In this document: piece after piece, positions 40,887-50,962 of the stretch
How the letters are laid out: every line of letters starts with the position of its first letter
How positions within the stretch are numbered: the first letter of the stretch is position 1
Assembly: GCA_045632945.1 (NCBI GenBank)
Contig: JAZQXU010000037.1
Coordinates: 95,369-159,368 of the forward strand
Direction: 5' to 3'
DNA length: 64,000 bases
Source of the DNA: Faecalimonas sp.
GTDB lineage: Bacteria > Bacillota > Clostridia > Lachnospirales > Lachnospiraceae
Position numbers and translations under genes: made by a program
The notes under the pieces: generated by a model
What the model saw: the letters and a program-made list of their open reading frames with translations, nothing else
What the model was told of the DNA's origin: nothing
The model's database searches: none

Positions 40887-41606
40887 CTATTCTACTCCCG
40901 CAATCTCGCGAATGACATGTCCTGCAATCATAAGTCCTGCTACCGGCGGTACATACGAAATGCTGGCCGGTATGGCGCGTCTCATTCCCGTATCTTCTCC
41001 TGTTGCTCTTCCCGATGTATCAATCGGCTTCTCCTTTGAATACAGTACTTGTAAATGCGAAATACCGCGTTCCTTCAATTCTTTTCTCATTACTTTACAT
41101 AACGGACATACAGATGTTTTGGAAATGTCTGTAATCTCAAACATCTCCGGGTGAAGTTTGTTGCCCGTTCCCATACAACTAATAAGCGGTATGTTGTGCG
41201 CCTTGGCATACTCTACAACTGCCAATTTCGCCGTGACTGTATCAATGGCATCTATAATATAATCCACTTTATGTTCAAAAATTTCATGTAGATTCTCCGG
41301 CAAGACAAATGTCTCATAGGTAAAAACCTTAGTATATGGACTAATATCATCAATGCGGTCCTTCATTAGTTTGGTCTTGTAATCACCGATCGTACTTAAA
41401 TAAGCAATGGATTGACGATTGATGTTTGTCCTGCTTACCCTATCGTTGTCCACAAGAATCAATGTACCTACACCGCTTCTTGCCAGTGCTTCAATACAGT
41501 GAGAGCCCACACCCCCGACACCGAGCACCATAATCGTAGCATTTGCCAGACATGCCAGTCCCTCTTCTCCTATCAATAGTTCTGTTCTGGAAAATTCGTG
41601 TACCAT
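40887..41606 (-). CDS. tcdA: tRNA threonylcarbamoyladenosine dehydratase (ThiF family)
   Basis: GVGGVGS, TNINRQ, DAID, CPLCKVMR. Confidence 0.9.
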   Translation of the reverse strand: MVHEFSRTELLIGEEGLACLANATIMVLGVGGVGSHCIEALARSGVGTLILVDNDRVSRTNINRQSIAYLSTIGDYKTKLMKDRIDDISPYTKVFTYETFVLPENLHEIFEHKVDYIIDAIDTVTAKLAVVEYAKAHNIPLISCMGTGNKLHPEMFEITDISKTSVCPLCKVMRKELKERGISHLQVLYSKEKPIDTSGRATGEDTGMRRAIPASISYVPPVAGLMIAGHVIREIAGVE

Positions 41607-41744
41607 CTATATTCCTCTTCTCATTGTTTTACAATTTCATTCTACACAATCATACCATTTTACTTCATTTTCGTCACTACTTTTTATTGCATATCTTTTT
41701 CGTTGGTGTTAGAATAGTCGGGTATGTAAATAAGAAGGAGAGAT

Positions 41745-43112
41745 ATGATGTCAGATTCTACAAGACGAGAAAATAAAATGGGCATAATGCCTATTCCAAA
41801 ATTATTAATAACAATGTCCTTACCTATGGTAATCTCCATGTTAGTACAGGCTCTATATAATATTGTAGACAGTATGTTTGTTGCGCAATTAAGCGAAGAC
41901 GCCTTGACCGCTGTTTCTCTGGCATTCCCAATTCAAAATCTGATGATTGCGGTTGCAGCTGGCACCGGCGTTGGTATCAATGCACTACTTTCCAAGAGTC
42001 TCGGAGAAAAGAAATTTGACACAGCAAATAAAATTGCAAGAAATGGTATCTTACTTGCTTTGCTAAGCAGTATCGTATTTGCAATCTTAGGTCTTGCCGG
42101 TTCACGCTTGTTTTTTGAAATACAGACAGAGAATGCTCAAATCATTGAATATGGCACACAGTATATGTCTGTTATTACAATTGCATCTATTGGTGTATTT
42201 TTACAAATTACCTATGAACGTCTCATGCAATCGACCGGCAAAACTATTTTCAACATGATTACTCAGGGAACCGGAGCTATTATTAACATTATCCTCGACC
42301 CCATTTTAATCTTCGGTTTGCTCGGTTTTCCGAAAATGGGCGTTACAGGTGCTGCCCTTGCGACGGTTATCGGTCAGATTGTAGCTGCTGGTATGGGTAT
42401 ATTCTTTAACCAAAAATATAACAAAGAAATTCACGTTACTCTTAAAGGGTTCCGCCCTTGTGGAAAGACTATTGGTAACATATACAAAATCGGCGTTCCG
42501 TCAATTATTATGCAGTCAATCGGTTCTCTGACTACTTTTGGTATGAATAACATTTTACTGATGTTCTCTTCCACTGCAGCAACTGTATTCGGAGTGTACT
42601 TCAAGCTACAAAGTTTTGTCTTCATGCCTGTGTTTGGTTTGACAAACGGTATGATTCCTATTGTTGCTTATAACTACGGAGCAAGAAACAAAAAACGTAT
42701 TTATCAGACCATTAAACTCAGTACCGCAATCGCAGTCGGTATTATGCTCCTTGGAATGCTTGTGTTCCAGGCATTTCCAAAAACACTTTTGGGATTGTTT
42801 GATGCTTCGGAACATATGCTTGAAATCGGAGTCCCAGCACTTCGTACAATTAGTTTGTGTTTTGTATTTGCTGGTTTTTGCATTATCTCAAGTTCCGTAT
42901 TCCAAGCCTTAGGAAACGGTGTTTACAGTATGATTATGTCAATTGTAAGACAGCTTGTTGTGATTTTGCCTGTTGCATTTATCTTTGCAAAATTATTCGG
43001 ACTTAAAATGGTATGGTATGCATACCCAATCGCAGAAATAGTTTCCGTTCTGATTTGCGTAATACTATTAAAACGTATTTTAGATAAAAAAGTAAAACCA
43101 TTAGGTGAATAA
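41745..43112 (+). CDS. MATE family efflux transporter
   Basis: LYNIVDSMFV, NIILDPILIFG, two-fold internal repeat, about 12 TM helices. Confidence 0.92.
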   Translation: MMSDSTRRENKMGIMPIPKLLITMSLPMVISMLVQALYNIVDSMFVAQLSEDALTAVSLAFPIQNLMIAVAAGTGVGINALLSKSLGEKKFDTANKIARNGILLALLSSIVFAILGLAGSRLFFEIQTENAQIIEYGTQYMSVITIASIGVFLQITYERLMQSTGKTIFNMITQGTGAIINIILDPILIFGLLGFPKMGVTGAALATVIGQIVAAGMGIFFNQKYNKEIHVTLKGFRPCGKTIGNIYKIGVPSIIMQSIGSLTTFGMNNILLMFSSTAATVFGVYFKLQSFVFMPVFGLTNGMIPIVAYNYGARNKKRIYQTIKLSTAIAVGIMLLGMLVFQAFPKTLLGLFDASEHMLEIGVPALRTISLCFVFAGFCIISSSVFQALGNGVYSMIMSIVRQLVVILPVAFIFAKLFGLKMVWYAYPIAEIVSVLICVILLKRILDKKVKPLGE

Positions 43113-43135
43113 AGAGGCGCTGCAACAAATGTTGG
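43111..43135. repeat. Half copy of the palindromic element at 37907
   Basis: AAAGAGGCGCTGCAACAAATGTTGG matches 37907-37931 at 24 of 25 nt. Confidence 0.55.
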
Positions 43136-43167
43136 AGAACCAATAAAGCGCATCAAAAAAGAACCTC

Positions 43168-43743
43168 TCAAAAGGTTCTTTTTTTCTTTACACTATATCC
43201 AAAAGTACCGATTCTATCGCCAAGGCTGATGTATTCTCCATGAGAATAAGCCATAAGCCCTGCATCGTTCAGACAGAATTTACCTTTGTCATCCATATAT
43301 TCCTCACTGACTTGTACTGAGACAACTTCTGCAAGAAACATATCGTGACTGCCCAACTTCTTTACTTCTGTCACTTTACATTCTATGTTTACCGGACATT
43401 CTTCTATAATTGGCGCATATGACAATTCATTTGCCTTGCCACGTGTCAACCCTGTTTCCTTCCATTTATCCACATCTTTTCCTGAACGCACGCCACAATA
43501 ATCCGTCGCTTTCACAAGCGCCTCTGTTGTCAAATTGACAACAAATTCTCCGGACTCCTGAATCATATGATGTGAATATCGTTCCGGTCTAACAGAAATA
43601 TACAACATAGCCGGACTCGAGCAAATGGTTCCCGTCCATGCCACAGTAATGATATTTGTTTCTCCACTTTGTGTTCCCACACTAACCATGACTGCCGGGA
43701 GCGGATACACCATGTTTCCCGGTTTCCATACTTGTTTTGCCAT
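43168..43743 (-). CDS. Flavin reductase family protein (flavoredoxin-like)
   Basis: YPLPAVMVS, NIITVAWTG, ECPVNIEC, GSHDMF. Confidence 0.88.
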   Translation of the reverse strand: MAKQVWKPGNMVYPLPAVMVSVGTQSGETNIITVAWTGTICSSPAMLYISVRPERYSHHMIQESGEFVVNLTTEALVKATDYCGVRSGKDVDKWKETGLTRGKANELSYAPIIEECPVNIECKVTEVKKLGSHDMFLAEVVSVQVSEEYMDDKGKFCLNDAGLMAYSHGEYISLGDRIGTFGYSVKKKRTF

Positions 43744-43752
43744 GATAACCTC

Positions 43753-45399
43753 CTATTGTTGTAATGAAATTACGAATGCCGGTATCAACTGTTTCTTACG
43801 CGAAACAACACCAGGTAAAATAATATCTTCCGTATCTGACGGCAAATCAAACGCTTCAAGCATCTGTTCTCTCGCGCCCTTACCGTAACATAGGATTTCT
43901 GTTGATTCTTCGACAATATTTGTCAACATAAAGAAAACCATATCCAGTCTTCTGGTATTAGCAACATGCTCCATATGCGGAAGTACACGTCCTTTAATCT
44001 CACTCAGTTCGTCCGGGTTCATGGAATTAACCTGACCAACACCAAATTTGATATCACTTACAGTAAAATCTTTAAAATCTTGGAAACAAATTTCTTCCGC
44101 TGTCTTGCCTTTCATATTACTTCCTGCTTGGAACATATTTTGCGCAAGTTCTTCCATGTCAATCTCAGCAATTTTTGCCAATTGTTCAGCCGCTGCACGG
44201 TCAAGCCATGTACATGTCGGAGAACGGAACAAAAGAGTGTCAGATATAATTGCAGAACACAATAATCCGGCAATTGTTTGATCCGGAACAATCCCATTTT
44301 CCTTATACATGTCGTATATAATTGTAGCGGTACATCCTACCGGTTGATTTCTAAAATACACCGGTGCGCCGGTCTCCAGGCTGCCAAGTCTGTGATGGTC
44401 AATAATCTCTAAAATCTCAGCTTCATCAATTCCATCTACCGCCTGTGTCTTTTCATTATGGTCTACTAAAATCACCTTTCTCTTATCAGAATCCATCAAA
44501 CGACGGCTGGATATAAACCCGTAAAACTCTCCATTCTTATCAATAACAGCAAAGTCACGAGCACGTTTTTTCGTCATCGTGTTCTTAATGTTTTCCACAT
44601 AATCTGTTGTGTTGAAAATAGTTAGGCCATCCTGTTGCATGAAATATTTAACCGGAACACTCTGATTAATTAATCTCGACACGGTAAAAGTGTCATGAGG
44701 TGTTGCAATCACTACTATATCTCGCTCCTCAGCCATCTTTTGGATGGTCTTAGAAACCTGTGCTCCTTGACAAATTACAAGACAACTTGCGTCTAATTCA
44801 ATGGCACACAGTTGCGACTCATATCGATTACCTAAAATAACTAAATCATCTTTTTCTATGTAACTTTCCATCATCTCAGGACTGGATGCAGCCACTGCAA
44901 CTTTCCCCTTGATAAAGTATGCATGTGGATTACCAATAACAACTTCACCATCTAATGTCTTCGCAATATTCTGATATTGAGATCTCGCATTAGACAGAAT
45001 ACGGCTATCATAAACGTCCATATATGACATGGCAATATCACTCGTAGTGATAACACCTTCTAATTTATTTTCTTTTGTCACTGCAACAGTATAAACATTA
45101 CGCTCCTTCATCAGTGCCCATGCTTCTTTAATAGAAGTATGACTGCTGATACCAGGCATACGGTTCACATCCACATCTTGCACACGCAGATGTACATTCC
45201 CTAGGAGCCTTGGTGCTTCTACCCCAAAGCGCGACAAAACATATTGTGTCTCTTCATTAGGAATACCCGCACGCATTGCCACATATTCGTCTTCTGAAAT
45301 CTGCTGTTTTAAATTGGCATATGCAATTGCAGAGCAAATGGAATCTGTATCCGGATTCTTGTGACCTACAACATATATTCTTTTCTTTCTCTTTTCCAT
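43753..45399 (-). CDS. ppaC: Mn-dependent family II pyrophosphatase with CBS-DRTGG regulatory insert
   Basis: GHKNPDTDS, LVDHNE, IIDHH, SDT, SRKKQ, with CBS/DRTGG insert. Confidence 0.92.
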   Translation of the reverse strand: MEKRKKRIYVVGHKNPDTDSICSAIAYANLKQQISEDEYVAMRAGIPNEETQYVLSRFGVEAPRLLGNVHLRVQDVDVNRMPGISSHTSIKEAWALMKERNVYTVAVTKENKLEGVITTSDIAMSYMDVYDSRILSNARSQYQNIAKTLDGEVVIGNPHAYFIKGKVAVAASSPEMMESYIEKDDLVILGNRYESQLCAIELDASCLVICQGAQVSKTIQKMAEERDIVVIATPHDTFTVSRLINQSVPVKYFMQQDGLTIFNTTDYVENIKNTMTKKRARDFAVIDKNGEFYGFISSRRLMDSDKRKVILVDHNEKTQAVDGIDEAEILEIIDHHRLGSLETGAPVYFRNQPVGCTATIIYDMYKENGIVPDQTIAGLLCSAIISDTLLFRSPTCTWLDRAAAEQLAKIAEIDMEELAQNMFQAGSNMKGKTAEEICFQDFKDFTVSDIKFGVGQVNSMNPDELSEIKGRVLPHMEHVANTRRLDMVFFMLTNIVEESTEILCYGKGAREQMLEAFDLPSDTEDIILPGVVSRKKQLIPAFVISLQQ

Positions 45400-45536
45400 C
45401 GCTTTGCTCACCTCTTTCTACTTTATAGGTTGCCATTTTTGACCACATTTGTCAAATATTTTCATATATTTCTATGTCCTATTTCAAAAAATGTGTTATA
45501 CTAGGAACATCTTATGAAATAGGCGAGGTATATATT

Positions 45537-46205
45537 ATGAACGAAGAATTATTACAAACAGAGACAATGGCTGATTTGGAAGAACATTTCGATGATGCGA
45601 ATCCATGGAATATTGTAACTGACTACATGGAAAAGAAAACCATACTTACAGTTAAGGTAGAAGGTGTGGTAAATGGCGGCGTAATCGCCATAGTAGAAGG
45701 TATTCGCGGATTCATTCCGGCTTCCCAATTATCTTTATCTTATGTAGAAAATTTGGAAGACTTTTTATTGCAAGAAATTGAAGTACAAGTAATCGAAGCT
45801 GTTCAGGCTGATAATCGCCTGATTTTATCAGCAAAGAACATATTAAAGCAAAAAGAAAAAGCAGAAAAAGAAGCATTGATCGCAAGCGTACAAATCGGAA
45901 GTGTTATGAACGGAACTGTAGAAAGCCTACAATCTTATGGCGCATTCATCAATTTAGGAAACGGATTGTCAGGACTGGTTCATGTTTCACAGATTTCTGA
46001 TAAGCGTATTAAACAAGCAAGTGATGTGTTGGAAGTAGGTCAAAATGTTGACGTAAAAGTAATTGCTGTAAAAGATGGCAAAATTAGTCTCAGCATGAAA
46101 GCTTTAATCGAACCAAAAGAAGAAGTTGTTCCGAAGGTTGAAATTCCTAAAGCTGAAAACATTGGAACAAATCTTGGTGATTTATTTAAAAATATCAAAT
46201 TGTAA
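45537..46205 (+). CDS. Two-S1-domain RNA-binding protein
   Basis: RGFIPASQLS and GLVHVSQIS S1 repeats. Confidence 0.88.
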   Translation: MNEELLQTETMADLEEHFDDANPWNIVTDYMEKKTILTVKVEGVVNGGVIAIVEGIRGFIPASQLSLSYVENLEDFLLQEIEVQVIEAVQADNRLILSAKNILKQKEKAEKEALIASVQIGSVMNGTVESLQSYGAFINLGNGLSGLVHVSQISDKRIKQASDVLEVGQNVDVKVIAVKDGKISLSMKALIEPKEEVVPKVEIPKAENIGTNLGDLFKNIKL

Positions 46206-46218
46206 TCTACGGATTATG

Positions 46219-46250
46219 AAAAGCGGACTGTGCAAAACACAGTCCGTTTT
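46219..46250. terminator. Bidirectional terminator
   Basis: AAAAGCGGACTGTG-CAAAA-CACAGTCCGTTTT. Confidence 0.75.
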
Positions 46251-46251
46251 A

Positions 46252-46482
46252 TTATTCATCAAATCCAACCACAAGATAAAATCCTCTCTCGGTCTCTCGA
46301 ATCTCGTTTACAATTCCCGTATTAGAATGAATTCTTTGGTTGCTACGATAAATTCCTGACATTGCAACAGACGGCTCCACCAGATAACTATACAGGCTTC
46401 CATTCACTCTTTCTGTAACTCGAACCTCTTGTCCTTCTGTTACCAAACCTTTTCTCTCCATTTTAAACAATTCTTCGCGCAT
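46252..46482 (-). CDS. Small hypothetical protein
   Basis: SD GGAGG; start 3 nt after the DUF975 stop; beta-rich composition; ends at a terminator. Confidence 0.7.
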   Translation of the reverse strand: MREELFKMERKGLVTEGQEVRVTERVNGSLYSYLVEPSVAMSGIYRSNQRIHSNTGIVNEIRETERGFYLVVGFDE

Positions 46483-46485
46483 GGC

Positions 46486-47247
46486 TTATTCCTCCGGTAT
46501 AGCAAATCCCGGAAGCTCATCTTCTGCTAAAACGCCTCGCATTCTCGCATCCGCTTTTAATGCAGAATAGAATTCTGCTCTTGTGGCATATATGTAAGGA
46601 TTTACATAAAAAATAGCAAGAGCGCCTCCTGTAATCATGCCTAATATAATCCAGCCCAAAAATGATAAACCAAGCTCAAAGGCTTCCATTTTATGTCCAC
46701 GCATCATCTGGCGGCTCAGTTTGAAAACACGTTTTCTATCCATCGTTGGATTTTCCGCTAAAATATAAGGTACCATCATATATGAAAATGATTTAATAAT
46801 TCCCGGAACGATAAAAAGCAGCGACCATAGGAAGATGTAAAGTGACTGCAAGAACATAATCCATACAGTATGTCCATATCTACCACTATGAAATGCAAAA
46901 AACACTTGACCAATACTTGTCTTATGCTCTCTGTTTTCCAAGAAATATCTATTACACCCCACAATAGCTACATTTGATACCATGATAGTTACTGCAAACG
47001 CCATGCCGGCACCAATAAAAGCTCCAAATATCATGGCTACCCACACATAATCAGGAATCTGTGAAAGCATTTTCATCAACGCTTCCATGCTATACACTTT
47101 TTCCGTCTCGGCATCTAAATCATAAGTGCCACCAATCGTAATTCCTCCACATAAAAGAGCGGTGATTGCGCTGACAGCAACACATGTCCAATAATTTCTC
47201 TTAAATGCTACTTTCGCATTATCTTTCAGTAATTTTCTAGTCCACAT
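46486..47247 (-). CDS. DUF975 family membrane protein
   Basis: LWSLLFIVPGIIKSFSYMMVPYILAENP...SRQMMRGHK. Confidence 0.9.
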   Translation of the reverse strand: MWTRKLLKDNAKVAFKRNYWTCVAVSAITALLCGGITIGGTYDLDAETEKVYSMEALMKMLSQIPDYVWVAMIFGAFIGAGMAFAVTIMVSNVAIVGCNRYFLENREHKTSIGQVFFAFHSGRYGHTVWIMFLQSLYIFLWSLLFIVPGIIKSFSYMMVPYILAENPTMDRKRVFKLSRQMMRGHKMEAFELGLSFLGWIILGMITGGALAIFYVNPYIYATRAEFYSALKADARMRGVLAEDELPGFAIPEE

Positions 47248-47315
47248 ATCTAATCCTCCTAACCACTTTATTATACAACGTTTCATTAAAAGTGGCAATG
47301 ACGGAATTTGACACG

Positions 47316-48176
47316 TTACAACTTTGCCCGAAACCCTCTTCCAACAACCTGATTGGCTTCCATTGTAATCAAAAAAGCCTCTGCATCTACTTCACGCACT
47401 GCATTTTGGACCATATGCATTTGCTTGTTATTACAAGCACACATGACAATATGTTTTTCGTTTTTTGAATAGCATCCCACGCCTCGAATCAAAGTAGAGC
47501 CTCTCCGTGTAAGTTCATCTATTTTATTTGCCACGTCATAGCCATGTTCTGTAACAACCAAAGTCAATTTCCCCGCATCAAGACCATACATAACCTTATC
47601 AACAACAACTGATAAAATGGAACTTGCAATCAATCCGTAAATAATTTTATCTACATTCCCTCCCATAAAGAATCCACCTGTCAACACAATAATACAATCC
47701 GTTATGACAATGATCTTTCCCAGCGATAAATATGGTTTTTTTAGTCGAATAGACATGGTGATAAGGTCCGTTCCACCGGTTGACGAGCCACGCAAATATA
47801 TTAACGCATAGCCAACCCCGGAAAGTAATCCCGTACATATAGCTGCCAATATCAAATCTCCTTGATATATCGGTAATCCAGGTGCAACAACATCTACAAA
47901 AAATGTTGTGAAAAACATCGTTTTTAAAGTCTTTAATAAAAAGGTTCTTCCAAGTATATGATAACAGACCAAAATAATCGGAAGATTGAGTAAAACAGTC
48001 ATAAAACCAATTGGTATTTCCCAAAAATGATAAAAAATGAGCGATATTCCGGATACACCGGCGATGGGAAAATCTGCTGCGGCCGCAAAGTTATATATTC
48101 CCGTTGCAATCAAAAAACTACCCACTATATCTGCAAACAAATCTTTGGTAACTGTCTGAAATCGTTCTTTCCACAT
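47316..48176 (-). CDS. YitT family membrane protein
   Basis: GVSGI, LNLP, GSSTGGTD, RGST...G.YS, D..AF. Confidence 0.9.
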   Translation of the reverse strand: MWKERFQTVTKDLFADIVGSFLIATGIYNFAAAADFPIAGVSGISLIFYHFWEIPIGFMTVLLNLPIILVCYHILGRTFLLKTLKTMFFTTFFVDVVAPGLPIYQGDLILAAICTGLLSGVGYALIYLRGSSTGGTDLITMSIRLKKPYLSLGKIIVITDCIIVLTGGFFMGGNVDKIIYGLIASSILSVVVDKVMYGLDAGKLTLVVTEHGYDVANKIDELTRRGSTLIRGVGCYSKNEKHIVMCACNNKQMHMVQNAVREVDAEAFLITMEANQVVGRGFRAKL

Positions 48177-48230
48177 ATTGCTTTCCTTTCTTTCGACGCA
48201 AAAAAATCAAATGTTGTATGCAAACAAAAA

Positions 48231-48262
48231 ACCTGCGAATAATAATATTATCATTCGCAGGT
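48231..48262 (-). terminator. Terminator after purF
   Basis: ACCTGCGAAT / ATTCGCAGGT with a minus-strand U tract. Confidence 0.7.
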
Positions 48263-48272
48263 ACTGTAATTT

Positions 48273-49685
48273 TTACTCTTTTCCATCAAAACAATATGTA
48301 CAAACTTTACACGGTTCGATTCCAATAGATGCAATCAAATCATCCAATCGATGATACTTCAATGTAGTGAAATTCTGTTGTTTACGAATCTCTTCTACCA
48401 TGGACATATATCGTTCACTGTTTGGATTGGTGTATTCTTCCAACACATTGTCTGCATTCTTACCTTCTTTGTCTTGAATTACACGACGAGTAATCAAATC
48501 TAATTCTGATTTTGAGCGCGAGAAATTCAAATACTTACATCCAAACACAAGTGGCGGACACGCAGGTCTGACATGTACTTCTCTTGCGCCACTATTATAT
48601 AAAAACTCGGTAGTTTCTCGAAGCTGTGTACCTCGAACAATTGAATCGTCAATTAAGAGCAAACTCTTGTCCTCTATTAAACTTGGAACCGGAATCAGTT
48701 TTCTCTTAGCAACCAAATTTCTCTGTGCTTGATCAGCCGGCATGAAAGAACGCGACCAAGTCGGCGTATACTTAATAAATGGTCTCGCATATGGAACACC
48801 CGATTCGTTCGCATATCCTATTGCATGGGCAATCCCCGAATCCGGTACACCCGCCACCATATCAAGGTTAATCTCACCTTCATCATGTTTCGCGAGCATG
48901 CTACCACATTTATAACGCATCTCTTCTACGTTAACGCCTTCATACGAAGATGTTGGATATCCATAATACACCCACAGAAATGAACATACTTTCATATCTT
49001 TTTTCGGGTCGGAAACAGTCTCCACACCTTCTGGTGTCATAAATACAATTTCTGAAGCTCCCAATTCTTTATATTCTTCATACCCAAGGCTAAAGAAAGC
49101 AAAGTTCTCAAAAGCTACACAATAACCTTCATTCGCCTTTTTACCGATAATAACCGGTGTTCTTCCATATCGGTCACGTGCCGCATAGATTCCTTCTTTT
49201 GTCATAACAAGCATAGACATAGAACCTTCTACAATGCCTTGAACATATCTGATACCTTCAACAATGGAATTCTTTTGACAAATTAATGAAGCGACTAACT
49301 CCGTTGCGTTTATCTGTCCTGTGGTCATCTCTTGGAAGTGTGAGTAACCGTTCGCATAAAGAACTCTTAACAAGGAATTTAGGTTATTAATTCTCCCCAC
49401 TGTTGTAATAGCAAAACTGCCCAAATGAGATTGAATAAGCAATGGCTGCGGTTCGTAATCTGATATACAGCCTATACCCATATTTCCTTTCATTTCTGTT
49501 ACATCTCGCTCAAATTTCGTACGAAATGGTGAATTTTCTATGTTATGAATCGCGCGATTAAAACCGTCTTTCCCATATGTTGCCATTCCTGCACGCCTTG
49601 TTCCCAAGTGTGAATGGTAATCTACGCCGTAAAATAAGTCTAATACACAATCTGTCCTCGAGGTAACTCCAAAAAAACCACCCAT
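48273..49685 (-). CDS. purF: Amidophosphoribosyltransferase (variant without N-terminal Cys)
   Basis: DDSIVRGT PRPP loop, VPDSG, Fe-S cysteines (CSF, CPP, CTYC); N-terminus MGGFFG. Confidence 0.88.
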   Translation of the reverse strand: MGGFFGVTSRTDCVLDLFYGVDYHSHLGTRRAGMATYGKDGFNRAIHNIENSPFRTKFERDVTEMKGNMGIGCISDYEPQPLLIQSHLGSFAITTVGRINNLNSLLRVLYANGYSHFQEMTTGQINATELVASLICQKNSIVEGIRYVQGIVEGSMSMLVMTKEGIYAARDRYGRTPVIIGKKANEGYCVAFENFAFFSLGYEEYKELGASEIVFMTPEGVETVSDPKKDMKVCSFLWVYYGYPTSSYEGVNVEEMRYKCGSMLAKHDEGEINLDMVAGVPDSGIAHAIGYANESGVPYARPFIKYTPTWSRSFMPADQAQRNLVAKRKLIPVPSLIEDKSLLLIDDSIVRGTQLRETTEFLYNSGAREVHVRPACPPLVFGCKYLNFSRSKSELDLITRRVIQDKEGKNADNVLEEYTNPNSERYMSMVEEIRKQQNFTTLKYHRLDDLIASIGIEPCKVCTYCFDGKE

Positions 49686-49884
49686 GTATTTTCTCCTTTT
49701 CTTTTTTGCTAAAAGATATCCATCATTAACAGAGTAAGTTTAGCACAAAACACTGTCAAGTGCAAAATATAGTACGTGAATATTTTTAAACAAAATCTAT
49801 AAGTACCATTAATAACACTTGTGTCATAGCAAAAAATCAAATATAATATTAATATATTAATTGTATCAGAAAGAGGTGTAGTGT

Positions 49885-50913
49885 TTGAAGCTGATTCAAA
49901 ATAATAATTATAAAATCGCATTGGAAGTTACAGGATGTAACGGGATAGAATGGCCTTTTTATGCTTCCAAGATTGTTGAATGTAATAATTTAGAATTGTT
50001 ACATGCTATTTTGACCTGTGGCACACCTTCACAATTCTTATCTTCATGGCGTCACGAAAAACGAACACAGGAATTTATTTCAAAGGTTTCCATGGTAGAA
50101 ACAAACCTCACTTCTAATGATGGTTATCTGATAAAAGCTCCTGAAACAGAATATTTGGATGCAAGCGAAAAAAGTGTAAACGCTTACTATCTTGGTTTGA
50201 TTTTCACAAAATTGTTTAGCATGAAAGAATTTGAAACGGATTATTTTTTACATACATCCCTGTTTGAACAAGTTTATGGCAAAGACTCTTTTATTTGCAA
50301 TGGTCGTAAAAAACCGGCATTTGTAGGATACAATAAGAGCAACGACACTTGGAGTATTTGGGAGTCAACCGGTCGACGTGACCACGCCCCAAAAGCACTT
50401 GACGATGCATACAATCAAGTCCTCGCCATCCAATCAGTAAATGGCACAAAACCGGATTATGCAATTGCATGCATGACATATTTTGATACAAAACACGGTG
50501 AGTTGCAAGGCATTCTGCGCAACGCCACAAACGGTAAAAAAGCAAATATAGAATTTGACAAAGAATTGTTTTTCACCTTATATTATCGCCACATTTGCGA
50601 AATATTTGATGAATCGCTTCGCCGCAAACCTTTTGATAGCGTAATCGATTATATCGATGGATACTTGGAAATTGAATTGGAATTATTTGGACTTAACATA
50701 ATTGACAATGAAAAGGATGAATATTTAAGACGCAGGCGGGTTAAGCTTGGCGTACCAAAAGACATCCTTGGATTTTTCCAGTACAACTCGGGACGTCTTT
50801 CCGGAAACACGACTCTGACATCTATTGTGGAATCGTTGAAAGAAAACGCGCTCGGTATTCAAGATGAAAATCTATTTATGGGAAAAGACGGAATCTATTT
50901 TCGTATTATATGA
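49885..50913 (+). CDS. Hypothetical protein, degenerate PD-(D/E)xK nuclease-like
   Basis: TTG start after AGAGGTG; LDASEK..AYYLG...KPAFVG...WSIWESTGR...YNQ; own terminator. Confidence 0.7.
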   Translation: MKLIQNNNYKIALEVTGCNGIEWPFYASKIVECNNLELLHAILTCGTPSQFLSSWRHEKRTQEFISKVSMVETNLTSNDGYLIKAPETEYLDASEKSVNAYYLGLIFTKLFSMKEFETDYFLHTSLFEQVYGKDSFICNGRKKPAFVGYNKSNDTWSIWESTGRRDHAPKALDDAYNQVLAIQSVNGTKPDYAIACMTYFDTKHGELQGILRNATNGKKANIEFDKELFFTLYYRHICEIFDESLRRKPFDSVIDYIDGYLEIELELFGLNIIDNEKDEYLRRRRVKLGVPKDILGFFQYNSGRLSGNTTLTSIVESLKENALGIQDENLFMGKDGIYFRII

Positions 50914-50947
50914 AAAACGGGGCATATCGATTGATATGTCCCCTTTT
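50913..50947. terminator. Bidirectional terminator
   Basis: GGGGCATATC-GATT-GATATGTCCC flanked by A and T runs. Confidence 0.7.
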
Positions 50948-50962
50948 AATGAATAGCTTATA

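Noticed and set aside
49709-49921. 70-aa minus-strand ORF between purF and the hypothetical gene
   Set aside because: AT-rich divergent promoter region; no SD
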